A DNA stretch of 64,000 nucleotides, from contig JBBDRP010000002.1 in assembly GCA_040905385.1 (NCBI GenBank), positions 149,337-213,336 on the forward strand, written 5' to 3'. Under the pieces are notes generated by a model, which worked only from the letters and a program-made list of their open reading frames with translations, was not told where the DNA came from and did not search any database. This DNA comes from Minisyncoccota bacterium (GTDB lineage Bacteria; Patescibacteriota; Minisyncoccia; Phycocordibacterales; SW-6-46-9). This document shows positions 29,808 through 39,883 of the stretch, piece after piece (position 1 is the stretch's first letter; every line of letters begins with the position of its first letter). A program made the translations under genes and the position numbers.

Positions 29808-31499
29808 TTATCTCCAATCAACCTCGGTATCAGTGATCTCTATATCACTTTCATTCAGCTGTTTCTGAGCGCCTTCCTCCGGCAGCTCCTCCGGCTCGTA
29901 GATGGCACGGATGGTAAAGTAATCATCGCGCTCCTTCTGCCAGATGACAACATCGTCATCGCCGTCGGTGGATGGCTCGCCGCGCACCTTCGTCGCGTGG
30001 ACGGCGTGTACTTCGTAACTGTCACCATTGTTGAAGTACTCGCGCGACAGCGGAACGGTCACCTCCGTCCAGCCGTCATTACCCTCATCCGGGATGATCT
30101 CCGTCGTGCTGACGGTATGCAGGTTTCCTTCCGGGCCGTTGTGTATCTGGATGGCAAACTCCTCACCGGTTTGGTTTCCTTCGACCAGTTTGGTAAAATT
30201 CGTCTCCATAGAAACAGCAATCTTATAATGTGAGCCGATAGTTCTTGAGTCTAATAACTCAATCTCACGCTCACCATCTTTTCCGGAAACAAAGTAATCC
30301 TTCTCTTCGGTGTAGATACCGTAGGTTTCCATTAGACCATGCAGCAACTCGACATCATCCTCCGGCTCGTACACGAAGCCATCGGTACCGGGCTCAGTAC
30401 TGGTTGAGGTCCAGGTGTCCTGACAGCCGGGTGCATTCTCGTCCATCGTGCCGGAAAAGGTGTTGTCCACCCCGTCACTACAGGCCGGGATATGCTCGGC
30501 CGGAAAGGTGACATCACTGTCGCCATCCAGCGGTATCTCCATCGTGCCTTCGGCAACATTCAGGTAGTGATTGTCGCTGTACTCGTGGCCTTCCTTGGGC
30601 ACGTAGACAATGTGCAGCGAGGCATTGACTGCTTCTGACCCGGTCGGGTACTTGATAACAGTTTCTGAGCCTTCACGTATAAACGGCGAGGATACGTAAT
30701 CCGCCAGATTGTCATGCATATCAATGCTATCCGTCCAGGTGCTGTCACCAATGGTCAGGGTATAGACCGTGTTATCCAACGCAGCTCGTGGAAACGAGTT
30801 CGTATTTGCTAGCCGGTCGGTGTATCCCACAATATCCGGGGTAATACTGATACTGACGGTCTCGGGTTCCGACGTATCTTCGCTGAGAGCGATTTCGACC
30901 TCACCATCAGTATCAAACGTTACCGTCTGTACCTTTGGTTGATATCCATCAGCCTCGGCTCGTACTGCCAGCTCTGTGCCTTTCTTACGGGTAAGTTCGG
31001 TCTCGCCGGTACCCAGCTGATTGTTGGTGTCGTCATCATGCTGATTGTTGGTGTCGTCATCATACAGCCTAGCATCGGGTAGGATGTTCTCACCATCGGT
31101 TGGGATGATGGTTTTTGTCACGTTATCTGGATTATCTTCCGTCAGCGTAAAGACAACCTCACCATCGCTATCAAACGTTACCGTCTGTACTTGCGGGTTG
31201 TAGCCGTCTTTTTCAGCGCGAACATCTAGCTCGCTACCTTTCTCCCGCTCAACGGGATTCTCCAGCTGCTGGTTGGTATCATTGTTGTAGTAGGCAACAC
31301 CAGTAGTAACAGCTTCGTTATCGCTATCTACAGCGGTCAGTGTTTTGATCACGGTTTCGGTTTTCGGTGGATCCGGATCGACCGGGGTTTCCTGACAGCC
31401 TATATTTCCTATGACTATCGCAAGCAGCAGAAAAAAAATTGCTAATGGCCAGCGAAGCCAGTTTACTTCGAGTCGTTCTTCATTCTTTGTATCTTCCAT
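29808..31499 (-). CDS. Acidic putative lipoprotein with two PEGA-like repeats
   Basis: Hydrophobic signal ending IGNIG|C; repeats G.EL.VRAE.DGY.P.VQTVTFD.DGEV; 24-nt tandem duplication at 31016-31063. Confidence 0.75.
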   Translation of the reverse strand: MEDTKNEERLEVNWLRWPLAIFFLLLAIVIGNIGCQETPVDPDPPKTETVIKTLTAVDSDNEAVTTGVAYYNNDTNQQLENPVEREKGSELDVRAEKDGYNPQVQTVTFDSDGEVVFTLTEDNPDNVTKTIIPTDGENILPDARLYDDDTNNQHDDDTNNQLGTGETELTRKKGTELAVRAEADGYQPKVQTVTFDTDGEVEIALSEDTSEPETVSISITPDIVGYTDRLANTNSFPRAALDNTVYTLTIGDSTWTDSIDMHDNLADYVSSPFIREGSETVIKYPTGSEAVNASLHIVYVPKEGHEYSDNHYLNVAEGTMEIPLDGDSDVTFPAEHIPACSDGVDNTFSGTMDENAPGCQDTWTSTSTEPGTDGFVYEPEDDVELLHGLMETYGIYTEEKDYFVSGKDGEREIELLDSRTIGSHYKIAVSMETNFTKLVEGNQTGEEFAIQIHNGPEGNLHTVSTTEIIPDEGNDGWTEVTVPLSREYFNNGDSYEVHAVHATKVRGEPSTDGDDDVVIWQKERDDYFTIRAIYEPEELPEEGAQKQLNESDIEITDTEVDWR

Positions 31500-31646
31500 A
31501 TCATCCTCGTCTTTTGGTTTGAATTTTAAAGGGATTGTCTGCCTGCATCATAGCGCTTTTTCACTAAATGTCAATCCATACGATGGATACAAACACATGT
31601 CAAATAATCTAACGATTCTAAACTGTATCCAATTTCCACTATCAGT

Positions 31647-31714
31647 TTGCAAGGGTTTGAACCTTGCAAAACCGCCAGTATCACCAGTCTGTAACAATCC
31701 GATTGTTACAGACC
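31647..31714. repeat. REP-like palindromes
   Basis: ttgcaagggtttgaaccttgcaa and gtctgtaacaatccgattgttacagac. Confidence 0.65.
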
Positions 31715-31748
31715 TCTAGATGAGCTGTATTTTTGCTACAATGGAGCT

Positions 31749-33770
31749 ATGAAAAAGCCCGCTGCTAAAGATCGCATTGACAAGCTCCGCCGTCTGATAG
31801 AGGAGCATCGTTTTAAGTATCATGTTCAGGATCAACCAGAGCTTGACGACGCGGCCTACGACTCGCTCAAGGATGAGCTCGCTACGCTAGAGTCGGAGTA
31901 TCCCGAATTCGACAGCCCCACCAGCCCCACGCATCGGGTTGGTGGTGAGCCACTGGAGAGCTTCGTGCGGGTCGAGCATACAGTGCGTCAGTACTCCTTT
32001 GATAATATCTTCGGTGCAGATGAGCTCGTTGATTGGCACGACAAGATTCGTCGCTTCGTTGCCAAAACTGATATGGCGACAGATGACATCTCCTACACAG
32101 CCGAGCTCAAGATTGATGGTCTTAAGGTCGTGCTAACGTATGAGTCCGGTCGGTTCCAGCAGGCAGCCACCCGTGGTGATGGTCGGGTGGGTGAGGACGT
32201 TACGAGCAATATCAAGACAATCTCCGCCATCCCACTTGAGCTTCCGCAGTCGGTCGATGTTACGGTCGGTGGGGAGGTCTGGCTGTCTCGAAAGGAGTTC
32301 GAGCGCATCAACAAAGAGCGTCGCGCAGCCGATGAGCCCGAATTTGCCAACCCGAGAAACGCCGCAGCCGGCTCGATCCGTCAGCTGGATCCAGCCGTTG
32401 CTGCGAGTCGTCATCTTGACTTTTTTGCCTACGATATTGAAAGGTTGGATGGTAGTGATGCAGACATCACCGATCCTACTTCACAGCAGGCCGAGCTACA
32501 GCTACTGACGACACTTCATTTTCGTGTCAATCCCGACTATGTCCACTGTAGCGATACTGACTGCATTCAGAAGTTTTACGATTCCTGGACCGAGCGAAAA
32601 AACCAGGTTGATTACGGTGTTGATGGGGTAGTAATCAAGCTGGATGAAAAGCGCCTGCAGGAGGCTCTCGGCTACACCGCCAGCGCCCCACGTTTTGCTG
32701 TAGCCTACAAGTTCCCGGCCGAAACCACCACCACCCAGATCGAGGATATTGACTTGCAGGTTGGCCGTACCGGTGCCATCACGCCGGTGGCTCATTTCAC
32801 ACCTGTTCGTCTTGATGGCTCACAGGTTTCGCGGGCTACGCTGCATAACGAGGATGAGATAAAGCGGCTGGATGTACGCGTTGGTGACACGGTGGTAATA
32901 AAAAAAGCTGGTGATATTATTCCGCAGGTGGTTGAGGTGCTATCGGACCTGCGCGACGGTAGTGAGGAGTCGTTCCAATTTCCAGATCGATTAGATGCCT
33001 GTGGCGGCGACGGCCAGATAATTCGCCCCGAGGGTGAGGCGAAGCATCGCTGTCGGGTGGTCGGTGACAGCCAACGGCGCGAGGAGTTTTATCACTTTGT
33101 ATCCAAGGGATGCTTTGATATTGACGGCCTCGGTCCCAAAATAATCGACGCGCTTTTAGACAATGATCTCATCGAGGACTTTTCCGATATATTCACCCTC
33201 GAAAAAGAGGATCTTATCAAGCTGCCACGGCTAGCCGAGAAGTCTGCCGACAATCTTCTGGCGGCAATTGCGGCCTCGCGCGAGATAACGCTGGATCGTT
33301 TCCTGCACGCTTTATCCATAAGTTTTGTTGGCTCCGAGACGGCTCGGCTGATTGCTAATCATTTTAGTAATATTGATCAGATTCGCGCTGCGGATCATCA
33401 GGAACTTATTGCCATCGACGGCGTGGGTGAGAAGGTGGCGGCAGCTGTCCAGGATTTCTTTGCTGCCGAGGACAACCAACAGCTGGTTGACCGACTTCTG
33501 GAAGAAGTACAAATCACCCAGCCGGAGACATCCGATGTCTCCAATAAACTTGCTGGAAAGAAATTCGTATTCACCGGATCGCTGGATGGTTTCTCTCGCA
33601 GCGAGGCGGAGGAGGCAGTGCATGCTCGGGGCGGGAAGGTAACGTCGTCGGTATCAACCAATACTGACTACGTCGTGGTTGGTGAAAATCCCGGCTCCAA
33701 ACGTAACGAGGCCAAGAAGTTAGGGGTAGAGATACTCTCCGAAGCAGAATTTCAAGACTTACTTTCATAA
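31749..33770 (+). CDS. ligA: NAD-dependent DNA ligase
   Basis: ELKIDG, TRGDG, ANPRNAAAGS, QVGRTG, ATLHN, HhH repeats, BRCT. Confidence 0.97.
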   Translation: MKKPAAKDRIDKLRRLIEEHRFKYHVQDQPELDDAAYDSLKDELATLESEYPEFDSPTSPTHRVGGEPLESFVRVEHTVRQYSFDNIFGADELVDWHDKIRRFVAKTDMATDDISYTAELKIDGLKVVLTYESGRFQQAATRGDGRVGEDVTSNIKTISAIPLELPQSVDVTVGGEVWLSRKEFERINKERRAADEPEFANPRNAAAGSIRQLDPAVAASRHLDFFAYDIERLDGSDADITDPTSQQAELQLLTTLHFRVNPDYVHCSDTDCIQKFYDSWTERKNQVDYGVDGVVIKLDEKRLQEALGYTASAPRFAVAYKFPAETTTTQIEDIDLQVGRTGAITPVAHFTPVRLDGSQVSRATLHNEDEIKRLDVRVGDTVVIKKAGDIIPQVVEVLSDLRDGSEESFQFPDRLDACGGDGQIIRPEGEAKHRCRVVGDSQRREEFYHFVSKGCFDIDGLGPKIIDALLDNDLIEDFSDIFTLEKEDLIKLPRLAEKSADNLLAAIAASREITLDRFLHALSISFVGSETARLIANHFSNIDQIRAADHQELIAIDGVGEKVAAAVQDFFAAEDNQQLVDRLLEEVQITQPETSDVSNKLAGKKFVFTGSLDGFSRSEAEEAVHARGGKVTSSVSTNTDYVVVGENPGSKRNEAKKLGVEILSEAEFQDLLS

Positions 33771-33803
33771 GGATCTACATGCAGGATGGTAAAGTGATAT
33801 AAC

Positions 33804-35057
33804 TTAGTCCAGCGAGGGAATATCAATATTCGACTCATTTACTGGGCCAACTATACCAACTGAAATCCTATCTTCTTTGAGGTATTCCTGTGCCGTCTCC
33901 ACTACATCACTCACTGTTATTTTTTCTAGCATATGTATGTATTCGTCAATGGGTAGAATGTTATTGTTTTCAGAAACGGTTTGCTTTCCATACCAAGTAG
34001 TTCTGTTTTTCACAGATTCTTTATCAGCCAGATATCGAGTGATGTAATTATTTCTGTGCATATCTAATTCATTTTTCTTGATCCGTCCTTTTATTACCTT
34101 GCTTAACTCTTCAAAGGCAATAGATAATGCTTTTTGATGCTCATCATTTGGTACAGAAAAGTAGATAGTAAAATATCCCGTATCTCTGTATGAATCTGTT
34201 TTTGTGTATATTGAGTAGGTTAATCCTTTATCGTGCCGAAGTTTTGTAAGTAGTCGAGAAATATCACTACCGCCAAGTATTTCTATAATAATATCAATAC
34301 AAGCAGTTTCCTTATATGTCTCAACTGGAACCGTCTTAACACTGATGCCGATCGTCGTATCCTCGGTATTCCAATCTTCTACAACCAGCCTTTTTGGAGG
34401 CTGCGTAAACTGTTCAATCTGTTGGGGTTGTTGATTTATTTTTTCTGGCACACTTTTTTCAATCCAACCCTCAATGTCACCTGTGTCGTGTGGACTGATT
34501 ATAATTAAGGTACTACTGGTTGAAAAATAGTGTTGCTTATGAAAAACTTCAACATCTTCTTTTGTGATGTTATCTATATCAGATTCTTTGTCAGTCAAGG
34601 ATCGGTCAAAAGAAGATTTTGGCCATAGACCTTCATGGGCTAGTTCCCATATGCGGTCGTAAATTCCGACATACTCACGAGACTCATTCTTAACTGCTGC
34701 TTTCTCTTGCTCAAACAAGTCTTCTCTGAATTTAAATTTGAATATTTGGTCACAAAGAAATCGGATAGAAGCTTCGGTGTGAATTGATTTCTGCAGGTGC
34801 GTTTGCCGTACGAGTGAGTAATCCATCCAAGATTCAGATAAAATACCTTTCTGTGATAGCCACTCTGAACCCTTCAACGCTGAATTATTTTTACGTGGAG
34901 TTCCAATAAGATGTTCGCAGACATGAGCTGTACCAGGCTTGGAAGAGAAGTCATACCGAGCTCCTGCCTGAGACCACACAGAGACGCAGGAGATTTCACA
35001 ATCTTCTTTGTTATGTAAAAATTTAACTCCTGAAGGAGTTGTTCTTATTTTTTTCAT
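33804..35057 (-). CDS. M16 (pitrilysin) family metallopeptidase
   Basis: GTAHVCEHL (HxxEH), SRLLTKLRHDKGLTY; AT-rich. Confidence 0.88.
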   Translation of the reverse strand: MKKIRTTPSGVKFLHNKEDCEISCVSVWSQAGARYDFSSKPGTAHVCEHLIGTPRKNNSALKGSEWLSQKGILSESWMDYSLVRQTHLQKSIHTEASIRFLCDQIFKFKFREDLFEQEKAAVKNESREYVGIYDRIWELAHEGLWPKSSFDRSLTDKESDIDNITKEDVEVFHKQHYFSTSSTLIIISPHDTGDIEGWIEKSVPEKINQQPQQIEQFTQPPKRLVVEDWNTEDTTIGISVKTVPVETYKETACIDIIIEILGGSDISRLLTKLRHDKGLTYSIYTKTDSYRDTGYFTIYFSVPNDEHQKALSIAFEELSKVIKGRIKKNELDMHRNNYITRYLADKESVKNRTTWYGKQTVSENNNILPIDEYIHMLEKITVSDVVETAQEYLKEDRISVGIVGPVNESNIDIPSLD

Positions 35058-35147
35058 ATATACTTACTGTATCATTTTTTCCATAAAAAAAGCACAGTGT
35101 GATAATTATTATCACACTGTGGTATTTGGATTAATATTTAAAGCCGC

Positions 35148-35252
35148 TTACTTCCGGCTTTTCTGTTGAGCGTTCCGTCCTCGACCTTTAGGCTTATTGC
35201 CTTTATACTCTTTCGAGTGCTTGCGAGAACTACTCTTATTTTTCTTTCCCAT
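35148..35252 (-). CDS. 34-aa highly basic small protein
   Basis: AAGGAGGTGA SD then MGKKNKSSSRKHSKEYKGNKPKGRGRNAQQKSRK*; upstream TTGACT promoter and downstream palindrome at 35093-35121. Confidence 0.6.
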   Translation of the reverse strand: MGKKNKSSSRKHSKEYKGNKPKGRGRNAQQKSRK

Positions 35253-35459
35253 CTTAATCACCTCCTTGTGGGTCTTTTTCTTTAAATGTGATGGCTATAT
35301 TTACTATAGAACATTATAGGTAACTTGTGAAGTCAAGTATTTTCTCTAAATCATACCTTCTACAACTTATTTAGGTCAGACTGTATAGCAAATATGAGCG
35401 AGGGAGATATAAAAAACCCCGCATGCGTTGCATACGGGGGTTGTATCCTTACTTTCTTT

Positions 35460-35834
35460 TTAATAAAAGTAAGAAAACCGGGTTGTTTTTCCATGGATAT
35501 TCTTATCCATATTCATACCCATTAGTTTGATTTTTGATTGCTCCAAGGTGTCTTCGAGGATGATAGTTATCTTCACTACCTCATCTCCTTCGACCGCAGA
35601 TATCTTCCATGATAATCCCACGACATCGTTCATTGCCGTATTTACTTCAGTTAGAGAGTCATCCTGTATTAACTCATGAAATACTCTTTCGGCCTTGGCC
35701 TCAAGCATATCCTGTTTCTGAATTTTCTCGCTGTGAAGTAATCCTGACGGTGAGGTTGTGGTTGCCGCGTTGATGAAAATGACGGTAATAATTGCTACCG
35801 CTATAAAGAGTGTTCCTTTTACGAGGTTCTTCAT
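35460..35834 (-). CDS. Hypothetical exported protein
   Basis: AAGGA SD before MKNLVKG, N-terminal TM helix, TTGACA promoter and terminator at 35411-35442. Confidence 0.7.
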   Translation of the reverse strand: MKNLVKGTLFIAVAIITVIFINAATTTSPSGLLHSEKIQKQDMLEAKAERVFHELIQDDSLTEVNTAMNDVVGLSWKISAVEGDEVVKITIILEDTLEQSKIKLMGMNMDKNIHGKTTRFSYFY

Positions 35835-35971
35835 ATATGTATCCTTTTTTGTTAAAGATTGAGGTTCCAGTAGAGGAGCATACACGACTCATATAATTTG
35901 TCAAATACTAAAATTCGTTGCATTATTTTATAGCTATACTACTAAAAAAAGTGGAATTACCACAAAAGATT

Positions 35972-36003
35972 AACGCCTCCGCAGCCGAAGCTGCGGAGGC
36001 GTT
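35972..36003. terminator. Strong GC hairpin
   Basis: aacgcctccgcagc-cgaa-gctgcggaggcgtt. Confidence 0.8.
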
Positions 36004-36384
36004 TGGTTAGAGTAGAGGGTTTTAGTTACCAATGATATTATCATTGGGTTTCTCATCTTCATCCGGACGGTGAATTGGTGCTGGTGGTGGTTTCTTTTCT
36101 AGTTCAATCATTTTTCTGTGATTAGTTGCGATTTCTGTGGCGCTAAGTCAGATATTAGTCAGTAGGTGTGCTGACTACACAGATTATTCACCTCCTTTTA
36201 TGAGTTGCGGTTTCTGTGTCTTCATAGGTTTAGGCATAGTAGTAGGCAGCAGAGCAACATGGTTCTCACCTCCCCGGTTTTTTAGTTAGAAAGGGCGCGC
36301 TGAGCTAATAATATCATAGAATACATGCCTTCGAGCGGTTATCTAAAAAGCCCTCCTTTAGAAAAAAAGAGGGCTCTATGAGGT

Positions 36385-36570
36385 TTACAGGACGGCGCCT
36401 TTGGAAACCCAGTCAATCGTACTGGAATTTTCTACACTGATGCCTTGATGTGTTTTTGCTTCTATTTTTACTTCGTTGTTTTCAGGTGTTTCTGCTTCAG
36501 GAGCAGCATCTATGACTGAGCATCCGGCAAATAGAAATAGTGCTGCTGCAAATGATATAAGTTTAATCAT
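36385..36570 (-). CDS. Small putative lipoprotein
   Basis: AAGGA SD, MIKLISFAAALFLFAG|C lipobox, TTGACA promoter, downstream hairpin at 36347-36375. Confidence 0.7.
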   Translation of the reverse strand: MIKLISFAAALFLFAGCSVIDAAPEAETPENNEVKIEAKTHQGISVENSSTIDWVSKGAVL

Positions 36571-36708
36571 TGTCCTTTGTTTTTTTGATTTGTGAAAGAA
36601 CTCGCAATTTTTACGAGCCCAGAACAACTCTACCCGAGTTAAATATTCTGTCAATACGCTGCTGGTGGGTTAATTTCACCCCGGCTGCGTGCTACAATAG
36701 CCTTATAT

Positions 36709-36993
36709 ATGAGTGATGATATAGACATTGAAAAAATCTCTAAACTGGCCCGAGTTGATCTCGGTGATGCCGATACGGATGAGTTAGCCGCTAATATTCG
36801 CGACATTCTGTCCTACGTTAGCTCGGTCGAGAAGGTGGCTGGTGAAGCCGGCGCTCCAGAGGTGGGAGCGGTTCGGAATGTACTGCGTGAAGATACAGAT
36901 CCGCATGAACCGGGCGCGTATCGAGAGGCGTTGCTGCGTGAAGCCCCGGCTGTGGATGAGGATGGCTTCATTGTTGTGCCCCCGATTCTCTAA
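36709..36993 (+). CDS. gatC: Asp/Glu-tRNA amidotransferase subunit C
   Basis: ISKLARV, ILSYV, NVLRED; precedes gatA. Confidence 0.92.
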   Translation: MSDDIDIEKISKLARVDLGDADTDELAANIRDILSYVSSVEKVAGEAGAPEVGAVRNVLREDTDPHEPGAYREALLREAPAVDEDGFIVVPPIL

Positions 36994-37005
36994 CAATCTG
37001 TCCAT

Positions 37006-38430
37006 ATGAGTATCCATATTAAAACAGCCACAATCACAGATCTGCAATCAGCACTATCCGATGGTGAGGAAACGGCGGTGTCACTCGCCGAGATGTATCT
37101 GGATGCCATTAGCGGCGATGAAACTGACGCTTTCCTGGGTACGTACGATGATGTGCGCGAGCAGGCCCAGGCCGCCGATCAGCGGCGGGCGGATGGAGAG
37201 GAGTCGCCACTCTTGGGCATTCCGCTGGCGGTCAAGGACAACATCCTAATAGACGGCAAGCCGGTCAGTGCCGGCTCGAAAATTCTCGAGGATTATGTAG
37301 CTCCGTACAGCGCGACGGTGATAGACAAGCTGCAGTCCGCCGGGGCAGTGCTGGTGGGTCGGACCAACATGGATGAGTTTGCGATGGGCTCCTCGACCGA
37401 ACACTCTGCCTACCAGACCACCAAGAACCCCCATGACACGGGCCGTGTTCCTGGTGGTTCATCCGGTGGTTCAGCTGCCGCTGTGGCTGGTGGATTGGTA
37501 CCCGCCGCGCTCGGTAGCGACACCGGTGGTTCGGTACGACAGCCGGCCAGCTTTTGTGGAGTAGTGGGCTTTAAGCCTACGTACGGGGCTGTTTCTCGCT
37601 ACGGCTTGATTGCTATGGGGTCTTCGCTGGACCAGATTGGTCCGCTGACCCATTCCGTGGCCGATGCTGAGATAATTCACAACACCATCGCCGGTCCAGA
37701 CAAGCGTGACAGCACCACGTATGCGGAAGGTATCTACGGCACGCCGACAGACGCACCGAAAACTATCGGTGTTCCGCGCGCGCTTCTGGATACCGACGGT
37801 GTTAGTACGGATGTTAAAGAAAATTTTACAGCTGCACTCGAAAACTTAAAGTCGGCCGGATACGAGATCGTTGACATCGAGCTGCCAGCACTTGCGGAAG
37901 CACTGGCGATGTACTACATCATTATGCCGGCCGAGGTATCGAGTAACCTCGCCCGATATGACGGTGTTTCTTACGGATTGCGCACCCAAGACGCCGATCT
38001 CTTTACGCAGTACATTAACACGCGTCGTGACGGCTTTGGTCCAGAGGTAAAGCGGCGTCTGCTTTTAGGGACATACGTACTGTCGGCTGGTTACTACGAC
38101 GCCTATTACCGCACGGCGGTTCGGGCTCGGCAGGTACTGGAAAAGGCCTTTACCGAGGTGTTTTCCAAGGTGGACGCGATTGCCACCCCAACCACGCCGG
38201 CACCGGCCTTTAGGATTGGTGATATGTCGGATGACCCGCTCGAGATGTACATGCAGGATGTCTTTACAGTTGGTGCCAACATCGGTGGGGTGCCGGCCAT
38301 CTCGATTCCGTCTGGAACCAGCACGATCGAAGGGAGTGAGCTTCCGCTGGGGCTGCAGCTGATGGCAGCCAACAACCACGAAGACACTCTTTTCACAATC
38401 GGGAAGGACTTCGAGCAGTCGCAGACGTAA
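37006..38430 (+). CDS. gatA: Asp/Glu-tRNA amidotransferase subunit A
   Basis: AVKDNI, NMDEFAMGSS, PGGSSGGSAA, GSDTGGSVRQPA, SNLARYDG. Confidence 0.97.
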   Translation: MSIHIKTATITDLQSALSDGEETAVSLAEMYLDAISGDETDAFLGTYDDVREQAQAADQRRADGEESPLLGIPLAVKDNILIDGKPVSAGSKILEDYVAPYSATVIDKLQSAGAVLVGRTNMDEFAMGSSTEHSAYQTTKNPHDTGRVPGGSSGGSAAAVAGGLVPAALGSDTGGSVRQPASFCGVVGFKPTYGAVSRYGLIAMGSSLDQIGPLTHSVADAEIIHNTIAGPDKRDSTTYAEGIYGTPTDAPKTIGVPRALLDTDGVSTDVKENFTAALENLKSAGYEIVDIELPALAEALAMYYIIMPAEVSSNLARYDGVSYGLRTQDADLFTQYINTRRDGFGPEVKRRLLLGTYVLSAGYYDAYYRTAVRARQVLEKAFTEVFSKVDAIATPTTPAPAFRIGDMSDDPLEMYMQDVFTVGANIGGVPAISIPSGTSTIEGSELPLGLQLMAANNHEDTLFTIGKDFEQSQT

Positions 38431-38479
38431 GTACCCTTAAGCTCATAACTGAGGGCTAAGAGCTAGAAGCTAAAATATT

Positions 38480-39130
38480 ATGGCTGAAGACGACAATAAA
38501 AAACCAACGAGTCCGGGCGGTGTCTTTACCAATGACCCGTTTTTAAATATTGCAGCGGCAATTATTATCCTGATGCTAGTCGGGGGGCTTATCGAGCAGC
38601 TACCGACCATGTGGGCTGATATTTCCGCCGCTATCGAAGGTCGCATTGGTTCGCTGGGTGGGTTGTACACAACTACCTATGTGGTAGCAGTGGGTTTTTC
38701 AGCTGCCTGTCTCTCTGGGGCGATATACGCTGGTTTGCAGAAAAGCTCTATTGCGGTGGCGGAAAGAAAGGAGCTCAAGGCGGTAACTCGTGCGGCTATC
38801 AGTGGGGAGGATACGCATAATGATCGTTGGCAGCATATACTTTCCTATGCAGCCTCGGATGATCATGAGCTGTGGCGGCTGGCAATTATCGAGGCTGATG
38901 TGATGCTGAATGAGATGCTTAAGGTGATGGGGTATCAACAGGACAGTCTCGGTGAAAAGCTTAAAAATGCCGAGGAGTCAGATTTCCGTACGCTTAATCA
39001 GGCTTGGGAAGCACACAAGCTTCGCAATACCATTGCACACGAAGGTTCAACGTACAATCTTACTCGTGGTGAGGTTGACCGTGCCATAGATAATTACCGC
39101 CAGGTCTTCAATGAGTTTTCCTACATCTAG
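38480..39130 (+). CDS. Hypothetical membrane protein
   Basis: Two TM helices, WRLAIIEAD..SLGEKLK..AWEAHKLRNTIAHE (HEPN-like RxxxxH). Confidence 0.8.
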   Translation: MAEDDNKKPTSPGGVFTNDPFLNIAAAIIILMLVGGLIEQLPTMWADISAAIEGRIGSLGGLYTTTYVVAVGFSAACLSGAIYAGLQKSSIAVAERKELKAVTRAAISGEDTHNDRWQHILSYAASDDHELWRLAIIEADVMLNEMLKVMGYQQDSLGEKLKNAEESDFRTLNQAWEAHKLRNTIAHEGSTYNLTRGEVDRAIDNYRQVFNEFSYI

Positions 39131-39526
39131 GATATCTACAATGCTTTGTTGTTGCTCTAAGGTCTAGCAACTACTTGAGTAGAAGGCGTGATTACTACTT
39201 GGATGGGATCCATTCCCGTCCAGGAATATTGTCATATCAATGACAATATTCGGACATAAATTCGTGTAATCGTACTTTTTATATTACTAAAAGTATTATA
39301 AAAAGTTTTCGAACACTTATTCAACATTAGCCTTGGTTCGCTGAAATCTCCGCACTACCGTGTCGAAGATTTTCAGCTCACTTCATTTTTTCGCTTTCGT
39401 TACAGGCCTAACAGGTTATCTACAGTATTTCAGTTGGAACCTATACATAAAGCTGGAAAATACGCAGTATGTACGCTAATATAAGCTGAGTCGCCCTTGT
39501 AAGACGCTTCGCGTCTTGCCCGAGCG

Positions 39527-39570
39527 GCGTTCGGGAAAAATGAAAGCAAGCTTTCGTTTTGTCCCTCACT
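39527..39570. repeat. 44-nt hairpin element abutting the tRNA-Thr 5' end
   Basis: Exact reverse complement of 24123-24166. Confidence 0.95.
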
Positions 39571-39571
39571 G

Positions 39572-39643
39572 GCCCGGGTAGCTCAGTGGTAGAGCGTACG
39601 CATGGTAAGCGTAAGGTCGGCGGTTCAATCCCGCTCCTGGGCT
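39572..39643 (+). tRNA. tRNA-Thr(GGT)
   Basis: GCCCGGG/CCTGGGC, TACGC-AT GGT AA-GCGTA, GGCGG-TTCAATC-CCGCT; CCA not encoded. Confidence 0.95.
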
Positions 39644-39883
39644 CACTGAAAAATGAGATGCTTGCTTATTGAGTGTCTCATTTTAAAGTAGATAAAAAGA
39701 CAGCGGGATTGAACCCATTCGTCCCCGTGGAGGAAAGCAGCGAGTGAAATGAGCGTGAGTTCGAGAGTTGGCTTGTTCGGGGGCCGGGGACGGATGCTGT
39801 ATTATTAAATCCCCCCTCGGGCTCACGAAAAACTCGCTCGCGTCTAGCGAGCTTCTTATTTACATACTGATTAAATCTATTCT

